Of a stretch of DNA of 39,032 nucleotides, positions 22,359 to 34,026 are shown piece by piece (the stretch's first letter is position 1; every line of letters starts with the position of its first letter). Made by a program: the position numbers and the translations under genes. Origin of the DNA: Octopus bimaculoides. Taxonomy: Eukaryota. The notes beneath the pieces are model-generated. The model saw nothing but the letters and a program-made list of their open reading frames with translations, was not told where the DNA came from and ran no database searches. The DNA is taken from NCBI RefSeq assembly GCF_001194135.2, contig NC_068997.1, positions 7,202,048-7,241,079 on the forward strand. Reading direction: 5' to 3'.

Positions 22359-25300
22359 GTATTTATATCAATTGACCTATAATAATAATAAGAATAATAA
22401 TAATTATTTTAAACAAACCTAAGCTACACTCTTAAAACTGACAAATTATTTCCCTCTAAAATATTTATCAATCTTCTTAATTACTTATTGACATTCTGGT
22501 CGTTGTTCTTATTTTTTAATTAAATTTTCTATATTTTTCTCCTTTTCTCCTTTTTTCATTTCCTCTTTTATTATTTCTTTTTCGTTTCTAAAACTATAAA
22601 AGCTCTCATTCTTTAATGATAGTTTGCTTATGATTTTTCGACCGCCCTTCAATTTGTTCTCAGTAAATTTTAAAACCTTAATTGCATTCAGACTCAACGG
22701 TCTTTATGGACACAGTACCAGTAATATGCTGTAATTGATTCACTCGGAAATCTCTGTCCTGTATGAATTTGTTATGCCTGGGAAAGACTTCTAATTCTCG
22801 TCTTATTTCTTTAGAATAAAGTTTATAGCTACACAAATATGAAATGTGTCCACCACTTGATTTCTATTCTTCGTTTGGTCGGAGCCATTTCATTTGTTTT
22901 GTTATTGACTTTTGGGAAAGGCATGAATGTTATCTAATATCGTTTTATTTCTCTTATGAATCAGAAGTTTTATTCAATAAAGCAGAATAATAGATAAGTG
23001 TCAGTTAAGCCATATTCCAAATTAAGTTTTGCTTCTGTGGTTGGAGACATATCATATGTGCAACTTGTCTCTTTTTTTTTCTTCCCTTTCTCATTCATTG
23101 TTTCTTATCCACCAAGATACCAGCTTGCCACGTTTCCTTTTATATTAAATAGAAGAATGGGTCAGCCTTTAAAATAGAAGGAAACTGAAATGTAACGTTC
23201 GTAAACAAAAGCGGAACTTGAAAATATAGAGCGATAGCTGTTTTTTTATTATATGAGATAGTAACGTCCTATCTTGGTCGCTGTCTCCCGTGAAAAGAGT
23301 CCTTATTTATTGTTGTCTCATAGAGGTGAAGCAATAATTTATGTTCAGGTGAGCTGAGTTTATGACCTGGTTTCAATTACCAGAGAAAAATAAAAAAGAA
23401 AAACATCAATGTCACAACATTATCGTTCTGCTGTTGCAAAGTCAAACCGTTTCGATATTATTTACTTTATCTTCCAACCATCGTTCTTTAAGTCGATAAA
23501 ATAGATACCTGTTATGTACTTATGATGCAGGGTTCAAGCGACTGCCCCCTTCCCCACCAATGGACTTCTAATGTTAGAAATTAGTGTGATGAGTTGGCAG
23601 AAGCAGTGAGTCATCCTCATCATTTAGCGTCCGTTTTCCATGCTGGCATGGGTTGGACGGCTTGACTGGGACTGCACCAGGCTCCAGTCTATTTTGGCTG
23701 AGTTTTTACAGCCGGATGCCCTTCCTAATATCATAGAGTGTACTGGGTGTCTTTTATGTGTCACTAGCATGGGTGCCTTCTGAGTGTCACTGGCACAGGT
23801 GCCTTTCATGTGTCTCTGACACTGGCCACAGCTATGATTTCACTAAGCTTGATGTGTCTCCTCAAGCACATCAAAATCTTGGTCACTTGTCATTGCCTCC
23901 ATGAGACTCAACATCCGAAGATCATTTATTGCTGAATTAATTCTACCCCTGTTTTATTTTTGAAACTTCTTAGGTCCCTTTCGTCCATCCAAGGTTGATA
24001 AAAGGGGTAACAAGTCATTGCAGTACACTATAAGCCATGTTCTACAAATTTGTGTGTTATGTTAATGTAGGATAAAAATATTTCTTATTTGTGCCCTTGA
24101 AAGAGTGAAAGACCTCCATCCAGGAATCACCAAGTTGCCCCATATAGATAGAACTTATGAAAACAAAACTTTAGAGTGATCCATGAATTCCACACATCAC
24201 ATATAACATGTATGATGGTAATCTCTTGTGGTCCAAGGTAGATGGTTCTGCAATATCTTGCTGAAGCACCTGCATGAATGATTTGTTTATAGCGATCGCA
24301 TGTATGTGCTGTATATTATTAGCTCAGTTCCTCCATCAACTCGATGTTGCTTGAACATGTCCGGTGTTGAAGTGATTTGTAGAACAGTGTGAGCTGAAGT
24401 GTTTTACTAAAGAACACAACTTAGTCCAGTGATTGAAACCCCAGTCATGAGTGCAACACCACATAACATGGATATATATGGCTGCAAATTGGTCAAGCTG
24501 TAAGAGCAATGAATAAATTGCCTTGTGGTATTCATTCTCGCACCCTTTGTTCTGAGTTCGAGTTGTGCTGGGGTCAAGTTTTTCATCTTTTCAGTGTTGA
24601 TAGGGTGGGGCATATTTTCTCCCTCTCCCTCTGGAATTGGCTGTCATTAAATCAGTCCTTGAAAGTGATGGGTTCTGCTGCCAGGTTTCAAGATGCCCAC
24701 GATGTGCCAGATGTCTATTCCCCAGTGACTTGATCAGGAGTTGATGTCCCAATGGAAATCATATGACATACAGTGTACAGTTCATTTAGTTTATCAGATT
24801 ATTTTGATCTGCTCAAAGCTGGAGGGAGAGGTTATTCTAATCTGAGTAAGTTTAGTTGCAATACCCTAATCAGGGCTCAGTGAATAGACCTACAGTATGT
24901 AAGTAGCCAGGTGAATGATTGAGAGCAACTCATAGGTTATCCAGATTGAATATGTGTAGTGGAGGATGTGCGAGATAATATATTGGTCATTGCATCTTAG
25001 CTTTTAGTGTATTTTCAATTTTTTACTGCAATGCTGAGAAATCAACAAATTTTTGAGTCAAGTTATATTGTGAGCATCTGTTCTGTATTAATCGAAATTA
25101 GACGGAAAGATTTACTAATTTGCAATGTTCATGGGTATGGTTATGTGTTTAAAGCTTTTGATTTCCCTGATTGTATTGGATCAATAAATTGTTACATAAT
25201 CCATGAAAAGCCTAGGTATATTTTTTGCTCTCCAGAGCTCAGTCAAACCGTCCAACATATGCCAGCATGGAAAGCGGACGTTAAATGATGATGATGATGA

Positions 25301-25526
25301 TGAGACAGAGGGGAATTTCTGATAGAGAAAATAACACTTTCAGATTAACTTTTATGAATTTAAAAATGTGTCCAAAATCTTTTGGCTCTTGAGTTGCTTT
25401 TCTAACTGTCTCTTGATTTACAATAAAATAGTACATATAGCAGAGTATTGAGTTCTATTTCTTGTATTTGTTTTACCAAACCTATATACATTGTGTGTGT
25501 GTGTATGTACACACACACATATATGA

Positions 25527-25575
<49 letters not shown>

Positions 25576-28500
25576 GTTGGCAACTAAGCTCCTGCCGTTT
25601 TTTAAAAATTTAAATTTTTTAAAAGGTTTAATAAAAAATGACAACTAATTAATCAATAGTGTATTCACCCTTGTTGCTTACAACTTCTTCCCAACGTTTA
25701 ATAAAATTTTCAATACCTCGTTGGTAGAAATCACCCAATTTCAACTCAAAAAATTAATCCAACCAAGCTCTGAATTCTGCATCAGTATTGAACGAAACTC
25801 CACGCATAGCATTTGAAAGAGATTGAAAGATGTGGAAATCCGTTGGTGCCAAATCAGGAGAGTACGGTGGGTGTAGCAGCACTTCCCAGTCATTCATTTG
25901 AATGGCTTCCTTGGTCATATTGGCGATATGAGGACAGGTGTTATCGTGCAGTAGAAGAACTCCATGCTGACGATTAGGTCTTTTCTCTTGAATAGCCGTG
26001 TTGAGTCGTTCCATCTGTTGAACATAGAGTTCCATGTTGACAGTTTGGTTCTGTTCAAGCAATTCGTAATGGATAATCCCTTCCCAGTTCCACCATACAC
26101 ACAACTTTGTTTTATGCGGATGAAGTTCTTGTTTCACGCGTGGTGTCGCTTGTTTACCTGGGCTAAGCTATTCCTTACGCTGCTACATATTGATGTACAG
26201 GCACCATTTTTCGTCACCAGTAATAATTCGGTAAAGAAAATCATTGCTTGTGTCCATGGGTTGAGCAGTGACGAGCAAGCAAACCAGTGGTGATTGTGGC
26301 TTGTTGATTTTTGTTGTTGTCACTTAAAGCGAACCTTTCCCATCGAGTGAAGATGCTTCTCTATAGCAGTATGGGATCATTCCATTTTCTCTGACAATTC
26401 CTTTGTCGTTTGACGAGAATCTTTGTGCAAAAGTTGGTTTAATCGCTCTTCATCGAACTCAACTGGATGGCCAGAATGAGGTGCGTCTTTGAGGTCAAAA
26501 TTTCCGTTTTTGAACTTGGCATACCAATCACGAGCGGTTCTTTCAGCTATGGCACCCTCTCCAGACACAGCATAAATGTCGCGAGCAGCTTTTGCAACCT
26601 TAGAACCTTGATTAAAAGCAAAAAGAATGAGGTGTTGAAAATGCTCGTTTTTCTTAACTTGGACATTCCATTTTAATGATCTGAAAATAAACAAAAATTA
26701 ACCAAAATTAACTAGAAAAAAGAAAAAAAATAGATTCCAAAATGATTCAAAAATAGAATTCTCGAGAAAAATAGATTCCAAAATTAAAAAAAGGGCGGGA
26801 ACTTAGTTCTCAACCCAATATATACACATACACATATGTATGTGTATACGTATATTCATCCATGTATACATTTATACACACATATATATATGATTATATA
26901 TATGTGTGTATGTGTATATGTCCACTCGTGTGTACGTAGTAGTGCATGGCAGCATGCACTGTAACCGAGTGTTGTTGCATCCCCCATTTGTTTGTGAACC
27001 CTTTGTACCACTCATACGTAAGCCTTCCAACCCATGGGTCTGTCTAGGGTAGTCATTGATGGTGAGGGTTTTAAGAGGTGGGGGTGCAAATCCTACCTTA
27101 ACCTCTTTTAGTTAAAACATGCAGAGGAAATGTTGGGTCCCCACACAGCACAAGAGCAACAGGAAATGAAGTGTTTTGCTAAAGAGCACAACATCCTGCC
27201 TGGTCTGCGAATTGAACCCATGATCAAGCAGTTGTGAGTGTAACACCCTAACCACTAGGCCATGTGCCTTCACATACACACATGTATGCATGTGTGTGTG
27301 TATGTATACATACATATAAATATGCTACACACCTATACACACAAACATACACACACACACACTATCAAGTTTAAACTGGAGGAAAGTTCTGCTCAGTGCT
27401 TTGTTATCTATATCCCAAAGAGGTGAGAAATTTAAGCGAACCCTAGCGCCATGCTTTCTTTTCACTGGATTACTTGTTTTCTATTAATTCTGTTGCAGAA
27501 GTGTGAAAGATTCTATGCAGTGTTGACCAGTATCACAAATGGACTCTCAGAAAGAGAATGCAATGATGCATTAAATGCCCATGTAAGTATCCTACAACCA
27601 GACCTATTTTGATCAATTTCTAGGCCTTTTTTCACATTAAACAGATGCTAGAGCCTGACTGGCTCCCATGCCGGTGGTGTGTAAAAAGCACCATTCAAGT
27701 GTGGCTGATGCCAGTACTGCTTGATAGGCCCGCATGCTGGTGGCACATAAAAGCACCATTCAGGTGTGGTCAATGCCAGTTCTGCCTGACTGGCCCTTGT
27801 GCAGGTGGCGCATAAAAAAGCACCCACTACACTCTTGGAGTGGTTGGCATTAGGAAGGGCATCCAGCTATAGAAACTTTGCCAGATCAGATTGGAGCCTG
27901 GTGCAGACTTCTGGCTTGCCAGCCCTCAGTCAAACCGTCCAACCCATGCCAGCATGGAAAGTAGACATTAAATGATGATGATGAATTCTTCAATTCTTTA
28001 ATTTTTGAAAATTATTTCTCAACACATTTATATTTATCGAAAGATATAAGAAAGTATGGTTTCCAAAAGGTTAGAGATTAATGCATGGAATCCATAAGTG
28101 ATCCATTCATTTAAATGGATTCACATTTATAATCTTTGAAGTTTTTTTTATTAATTTCTTGTATGTTTTTTTTTTCTCTTCCAGGTGGGGAAAGGCCCAA
28201 ACCAACATGAAGAAATCCAGCTGGGCCAGTTATATGCCATACTTGTTGAACCTAAAATGGCAGCTAAGGTAAAGAGTGATTTGTAGCTCCAAGTTATTTC
28301 TGATTGAACAGTTTCCTGTCCTGCAGGTAGCTGATTGTTATTGTTTAGCACTAATCCAGTTGAGCAATGGTGAAGAAGGCACACAGCTACGACTGTCCCT
28401 TCTGGTCTTCAGACATGGCGTACTCGTGGTTACATTATGTGAAGGTGCATGGCTTACTGATTAAGAGCATTTGGCTCATGATCAAAAGGTCATGAGTTCA

Positions 28501-28882
28501 ATTCCCAGCAGCACATTGTGTCCTTGAGCAAGACACTTTACTTCATGTTGCTCCAGTCCACCTAGCTGGCAAAAATGAGTTGTACCAGGAATTCAAAGGG
28601 CCTGCCTTGTCCCATCCTGCATCATGTGTTAAGGGTATGTGTCTGTGGAGTACTCAGTCATTTGCTTGTTAATTTCACGAGCAGGCTGTTTCATTGATTG
28701 AATCAACTGGAACACTTGTGACCGATGGAGCACCAAGACGACAACCACGGCAATGATTGTAATATATCTTTTTGTTTAAGATGGTATTATGTATTCTAGT
28801 TGCTTTTTCTAGTGAATTATACAACCATGTAGAGGCGTTCTCATTGGTTTCTAGATAGTTGATTGAATTCATGTAATCCATG

Positions 28883-28916
<34 letters not shown>

Positions 28917-29129
28917 CGCAGGAGTGGCTGTGTGGTAAGTAGCTTGCTTACGAACCACATGGTTCCGGGTTCAGTCCCACTGCATGGCACCTTGGGCAAG
29001 TATCTTCTANNNNNNNNNNNNNNNNNNNNNNNNNNNNNNNNNNNNNNNNNNNNNNNNNNNNNNNNNNNNNNNNNNNNNNNNNNNNNNNNNNNNNNNNNNN
29101 NNNNNNNNNNNNNNNNNNNNNNNNNNNNN

Positions 29130-29163
<34 letters not shown>

Positions 29164-32100
29164 CGACGTTACTAGTGCCAAGCTGCATCGTCCCCTTTAC
29201 CTTTCCCTTGGTTAACACTGGTGGCGTGGAGCGGGGAGACCGGTATGCATGAGTAACTGCTGGTCTTCCATAAACAACTTTGCTGAGACTTGTGCCTTGG
29301 AGGGTAACTTTCTAGGTGCAATCCCATGGTCATTCATGACCAAAAGGGGTCTTTACCCTCTTTTCCCTGATATGTATATTTCATATATGTATGTGTATTT
29401 TTTTTACAGATGTACCGTGACATGACATTAGTCAGCAGGGATGGAATGGTGCTTGTCCAAGGTTTCCTTAGTAAAATCATTCATGACAAATGGCTAAAAA
29501 TACTTCAACCGGTTAAAGTACAGGTAATTGCCTCCTCCTCCTCCTTCTAATCTTGCTGGATTGATTTTTTCTTTTGTTTCTGTCTGGTATTGAATAAATG
29601 AACATAGGTTGGCAATGGTTGGGGTGGGTGGTGGCTCAGCTTCATATTAGGGGATGAGGGGATTACTGTAAGAGAGTTGGGGGTAGAACAAGTTACTACC
29701 CAGGGATCTGCATTACTGCTGGAAAAAGAAGGAGGGTGATGGGAGAATTCCGAAGAATGATGGTGGTGGAGAGACAAGTAGCAGGATTAGTAAAGATGAT
29801 AGAGTTTCTGGGTTGGGTGGGGAGAGAGGACAAGGGGTAGGCATGATGCATAAGGGGAGGGAGTTTTACTGTAATGAGTAGGGAACCCAGAATATAACTC
29901 TTCTAGAACTCAGTTTTTCTTGGGGGTGCACCAGAAATCCTGGCCCTTTGATATATAGATACTCAATCAGTTCTGAAGTGATATGCTTCATTAAACCATT
30001 GAAGATGGTAAATTAGTAGGGATGTAGTGAGATGATACAATAATCTTCTGGGACTTCTTTATTTTGTAAAGTATTGTTGCATAACCAGCCAACTCAAAAA
30101 GTGCCCTTGGATCATGGGGCAAAATGCTGTGTTTGAGGAGACCTATAGAATCAAGTACATCAACATCAAAATGAAATCAAATCACAACCGAATGGAAATT
30201 GTAGTTGTGGTCCCCGTGCTGGTGGCACGTAAAAAGCATCATCCAAACGCGACCGATGCCAGCGCTGCTTTGACTGGCTCCCATGCCGGTGGCATGTAAA
30301 AAGCACCATCTGATCGTGGTTGATGCCAGCCCCCTCTAGCCCCTGTGCTGGTGGCATGTAAAAACACCCACTACACTCGGAGTGGTTGGCATTAGGAAGG
30401 GCATCCAGCTGTAGAAACATTGCCAGATCAGACTGGTGCCTGGTGCAGCCTCCTGACTTTCTGGATCCCAGTTGAACCGTCCAACCCATGCCAGCATGGA
30501 AAACGGACATTAAACGATGATGATGATGATGATGATAATTGGCTTGTTTATTTATTTCTATTATTGTTTATTATGATCTTTGCACAGATGTGGTTCCATA
30601 ACGAATGAAGCTTATCTGAGGGGGATTGTTGTTAGTTGGAACCTATTATGAGGATTTATTCCTTAACACTTGTTTGTTTATTACAATTGCATATTCTTTT
30701 GTTCTCAGATTTTATGGCTGATGAGGGAGTTTGTGAAGAATGCAGTTGTTGGATCTGATGGCACATGTTTCGCATTAATTCGGCAGATAGCTGGTCNNNN
30801 NNNNNNNNNNNNNNNNNNNNNNNNNNNNNNNNNNNNNNNNNNNNNNNNNNNNNNNNNNNNNNNNNNNNNNNNNNNNNNNNNNNNNNNNNNNNNNNNNNNN
30901 NNNNNNNNNNNNNNNNNNNNNNNNNNNNNNNNNNNNNNNNNNNNNNNNNNNNNNNNNNNNNNNNNNNNNNNNNNNNNNNNNNNNNNNNNNNNNNNNNNNN
31001 NNNNNNNNNNNNNNNNNNNNNNNNNNNNNNNNNNNNNNNNNNNNNNNNNNNNNNNNNNNNNNNNNNNNNNNNNNNNNNNNNNNNNNNNNNNNNNNNNNNN
31101 NNNNNNNNTTTCCTAGCTTGATGTCTCTCTCTCTCTCTTTCTCTTATTATTCTTATGCTACTCATGTATTCTTTCTCTCTCTCTTTTAAACACTTCTTCC
31201 CCACTTTTTTCTTCCATTTGAATCTCTAATTCTCTCTCACTTCTGTTATTTATTCACTGTCTCTCAACCCCCCCTCTCTCCCCTATTCGTTACCCTGTCT
31301 TTTCCTAGCTTGATGTCTCTCTCTCTCTCTTTCTCTCTCTCCCCCTCCCTCTCATTGTGTCTTTCTCTGTTATTAACTAGTTTATTTTCACAAACTATCA
31401 ATCCATTTTTTTCTTTCTTCTTTTCTCTCCCAATTTGAAATATTCTTTAATAACTGAATGGATAAGGTGTTAGACAACTTATTCAGTGCTTACGAATTCA
31501 TATTCTGGTTCTGCTGTCTGTTTATAGAATGTCCCATATTTCCAGGATGGCATTGGTTGGAGGTTCTTCTGCATTTCTTTTACAGTTATCAGAGTTTTTA
31601 CAACCTGATATCACTTCTTCCAATTTTCTGAAGACACAAGATGAAAAGGGTGTAGGGGGGGGGGGTAATATATTGCGGGATCTTCAGGTACAATTTATAG
31701 AAATAACAAAATTTGTTATTTTTAAGTTTGTTTATTATTTTTCTTCTCTTCTCTTTATTTTAAGGTGGAGATGTTAGTCCCAAAAATTTGTGGCTTGCTG
31801 AACAGATGTTAGACTTACTCTCTGAAAATCGGTAAGATTAAAATGATTTTTTCTTTGACAAAGCTTGCTTAATGTAAGAGCCATAGATGCTGGTTGAGTG
31901 TTATCATCATCATCATCATGCATTCGTTTTTTTTTTAATGCTGGCAATCTTATTAACGATGAGAGTGACTTGGCTGTGTCCCAGTCTGCTAAATATTTTA
32001 AGCATCAATAAAAATCCAATGAAAGTACCTAAATTTTGCAAAACATTTATTTTGAAATTAACGATTAAAAATAAATTTAAAAAAAAAAAAAAAGAAATGA

Positions 32101-32383
32101 CAAAATTCTCAAGAATTTCTCAAATGCTTGAAAATGTTCATGTGTTCTAATTGTTTGTAGAGCTTGGTTAGAGAGATTCCCCACTCTGATGGCTGCCAGT
32201 GTGTATACCTATCTTCGTATCATCATTGATCATGGTAATCCAGCTTATGCTAATCTCAGGAATCGAGAAGTGGAATTCTGTGTCAGTTTATTGCGTGATA
32301 AGGTAAAAACAAAACATTCAAATGAATAAAAGAACCTCTTTACTCTGTGTGTTTATATTTGTAGGTGTATACATGTGTATATA

Positions 32384-32416
<33 letters not shown>

Positions 32417-33974
32417 TTGTAGGTGTATACATGTGTATACATATATATATATGTGTGTGTGTATATATACACACACATATATATATATATTTGTAGGTGT
32501 ATTTATATATTTTACATGTTTTTAAATGGCATCATAGTGATGAGGAGACTGGTTTGTGTTGGAGTAATTTTTTTTCCTTGCATATGGATGCCTTTCTGCT
32601 GTTAACTTCTCAGCTATGATTTAGGAACCTGTTGCAATTTTTTGCCAGAGATGTGGGAAACAAGCTTACAGTTTGTGTTGTTAAAATCCTGCTTAAATTC
32701 TAGCCAAGCCTTTTATCTTTCTTGTGGTCTGGAGGGCTGTTTGATATAGCAAGCAGGACAAGATGTTTGACCTAAACATTGTTCCCTCTAATTTTTAATG
32801 GCCTGTGTACACAAAATACTACCTTGTGTAAATTCTAAATTCTATCCAAAGTTTGTGCACTAAAGTTTTGGCTACCTGAAAATACTGCTTTCAAACACTG
32901 AGGACACCCTTTTGTGACCAATTTTGTGTTTGTGTTTCAATTCATTTGAAAAGTAATTAAGAATTTGTAAAGGTTTGTTAAAAATACCCAACTTCTTTAT
33001 TATTAATCTAGAGTTTGGAACATAAATTATTAAATAGTTTTGTCATAAAATTTTTGTAGAATGTTGAAACACATGGACAGATTTCTTTAATATGACCACA
33101 AGTGGAATGGTATCTCAAGAGTTGAGATAATTTTTGCATATATCTGATTGATAATATGCAAATGTCTTCTTGATAGTTGGTAATGCTTAACTCCAGCTGC
33201 ATGGAATGATGAAGTTAAGAGAGAGAAACATCTTCCTCTCAGAACATCTATCAGTTGGTGATAAGATCATCTTAGGTGATCTGGTACCTATTCTTGGCAG
33301 CTAGGTAAATTGGGGTGAAGTAGAATGAAATGTTCTGTCCAGAAACACAAGACGTAGCAATAAATGTGAACTCCTGATCTATGAGCAGAGGTATGGCTGA
33401 TTACCTTATTCATTCAGTAATCTCACTTCTCTGTGCTGTTGGTGCTGCTCTTGTTTAACCCAGAACAACTCTATGACCAAATGTGGGATTATCCTAGTTT
33501 TTATTTATACTTACTGTATCTAGTCTTAAATTCTCTAGCGTGTCCTTTCTCTTAAAGATGATGGGTTAGGGTTAGGTGTAATTTGAAAGATGGTGGGTTG
33601 TAATTTGAAAGAGCTAACTCTTATGCACTGTTTCCTTGTATCCGATTTCACCCACAAGTTTTGATCAAACCTGAGATTGGGATACAAAACAATCGCTCCA
33701 ACATATCATGCATAATTGTGAAGTGAATTTCTTAATTGCTTGACTGTGTTTGACCCTTTGATATTCCTTGTCTGTTTCATTTCTTTGTTTTTCAGTTTAT
33801 TGACTGTGTTAATATAATAGGACGTGATTTGGCCAGGGTGTTGCAGAATGTGGCCAGAATCCCTGAATTTGAAAAGTTGTGGCGTGATATAATGTACAAC
33901 CCAACTTCATTAAATCCCAATTTTACAGGTAAAAAAAAAAATCTTTTTCTCCCATCCATTCTGATTCTCTCTAC

Positions 33975-34026
<52 letters not shown>

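Noticed and set aside
31109-31335. Repeat of tttcctagcttgatgtctctctctc next to a gap
   Set aside because: Low-complexity sequence at a gap edge; cannot be separated from an assembly artefact.
33220-33380. Possible intronic C/D snoRNA (ATGATGA..CTGA)
   Set aside because: No terminal stem and no recognisable rRNA-complementary guide; such motifs are common in AT-rich DNA.
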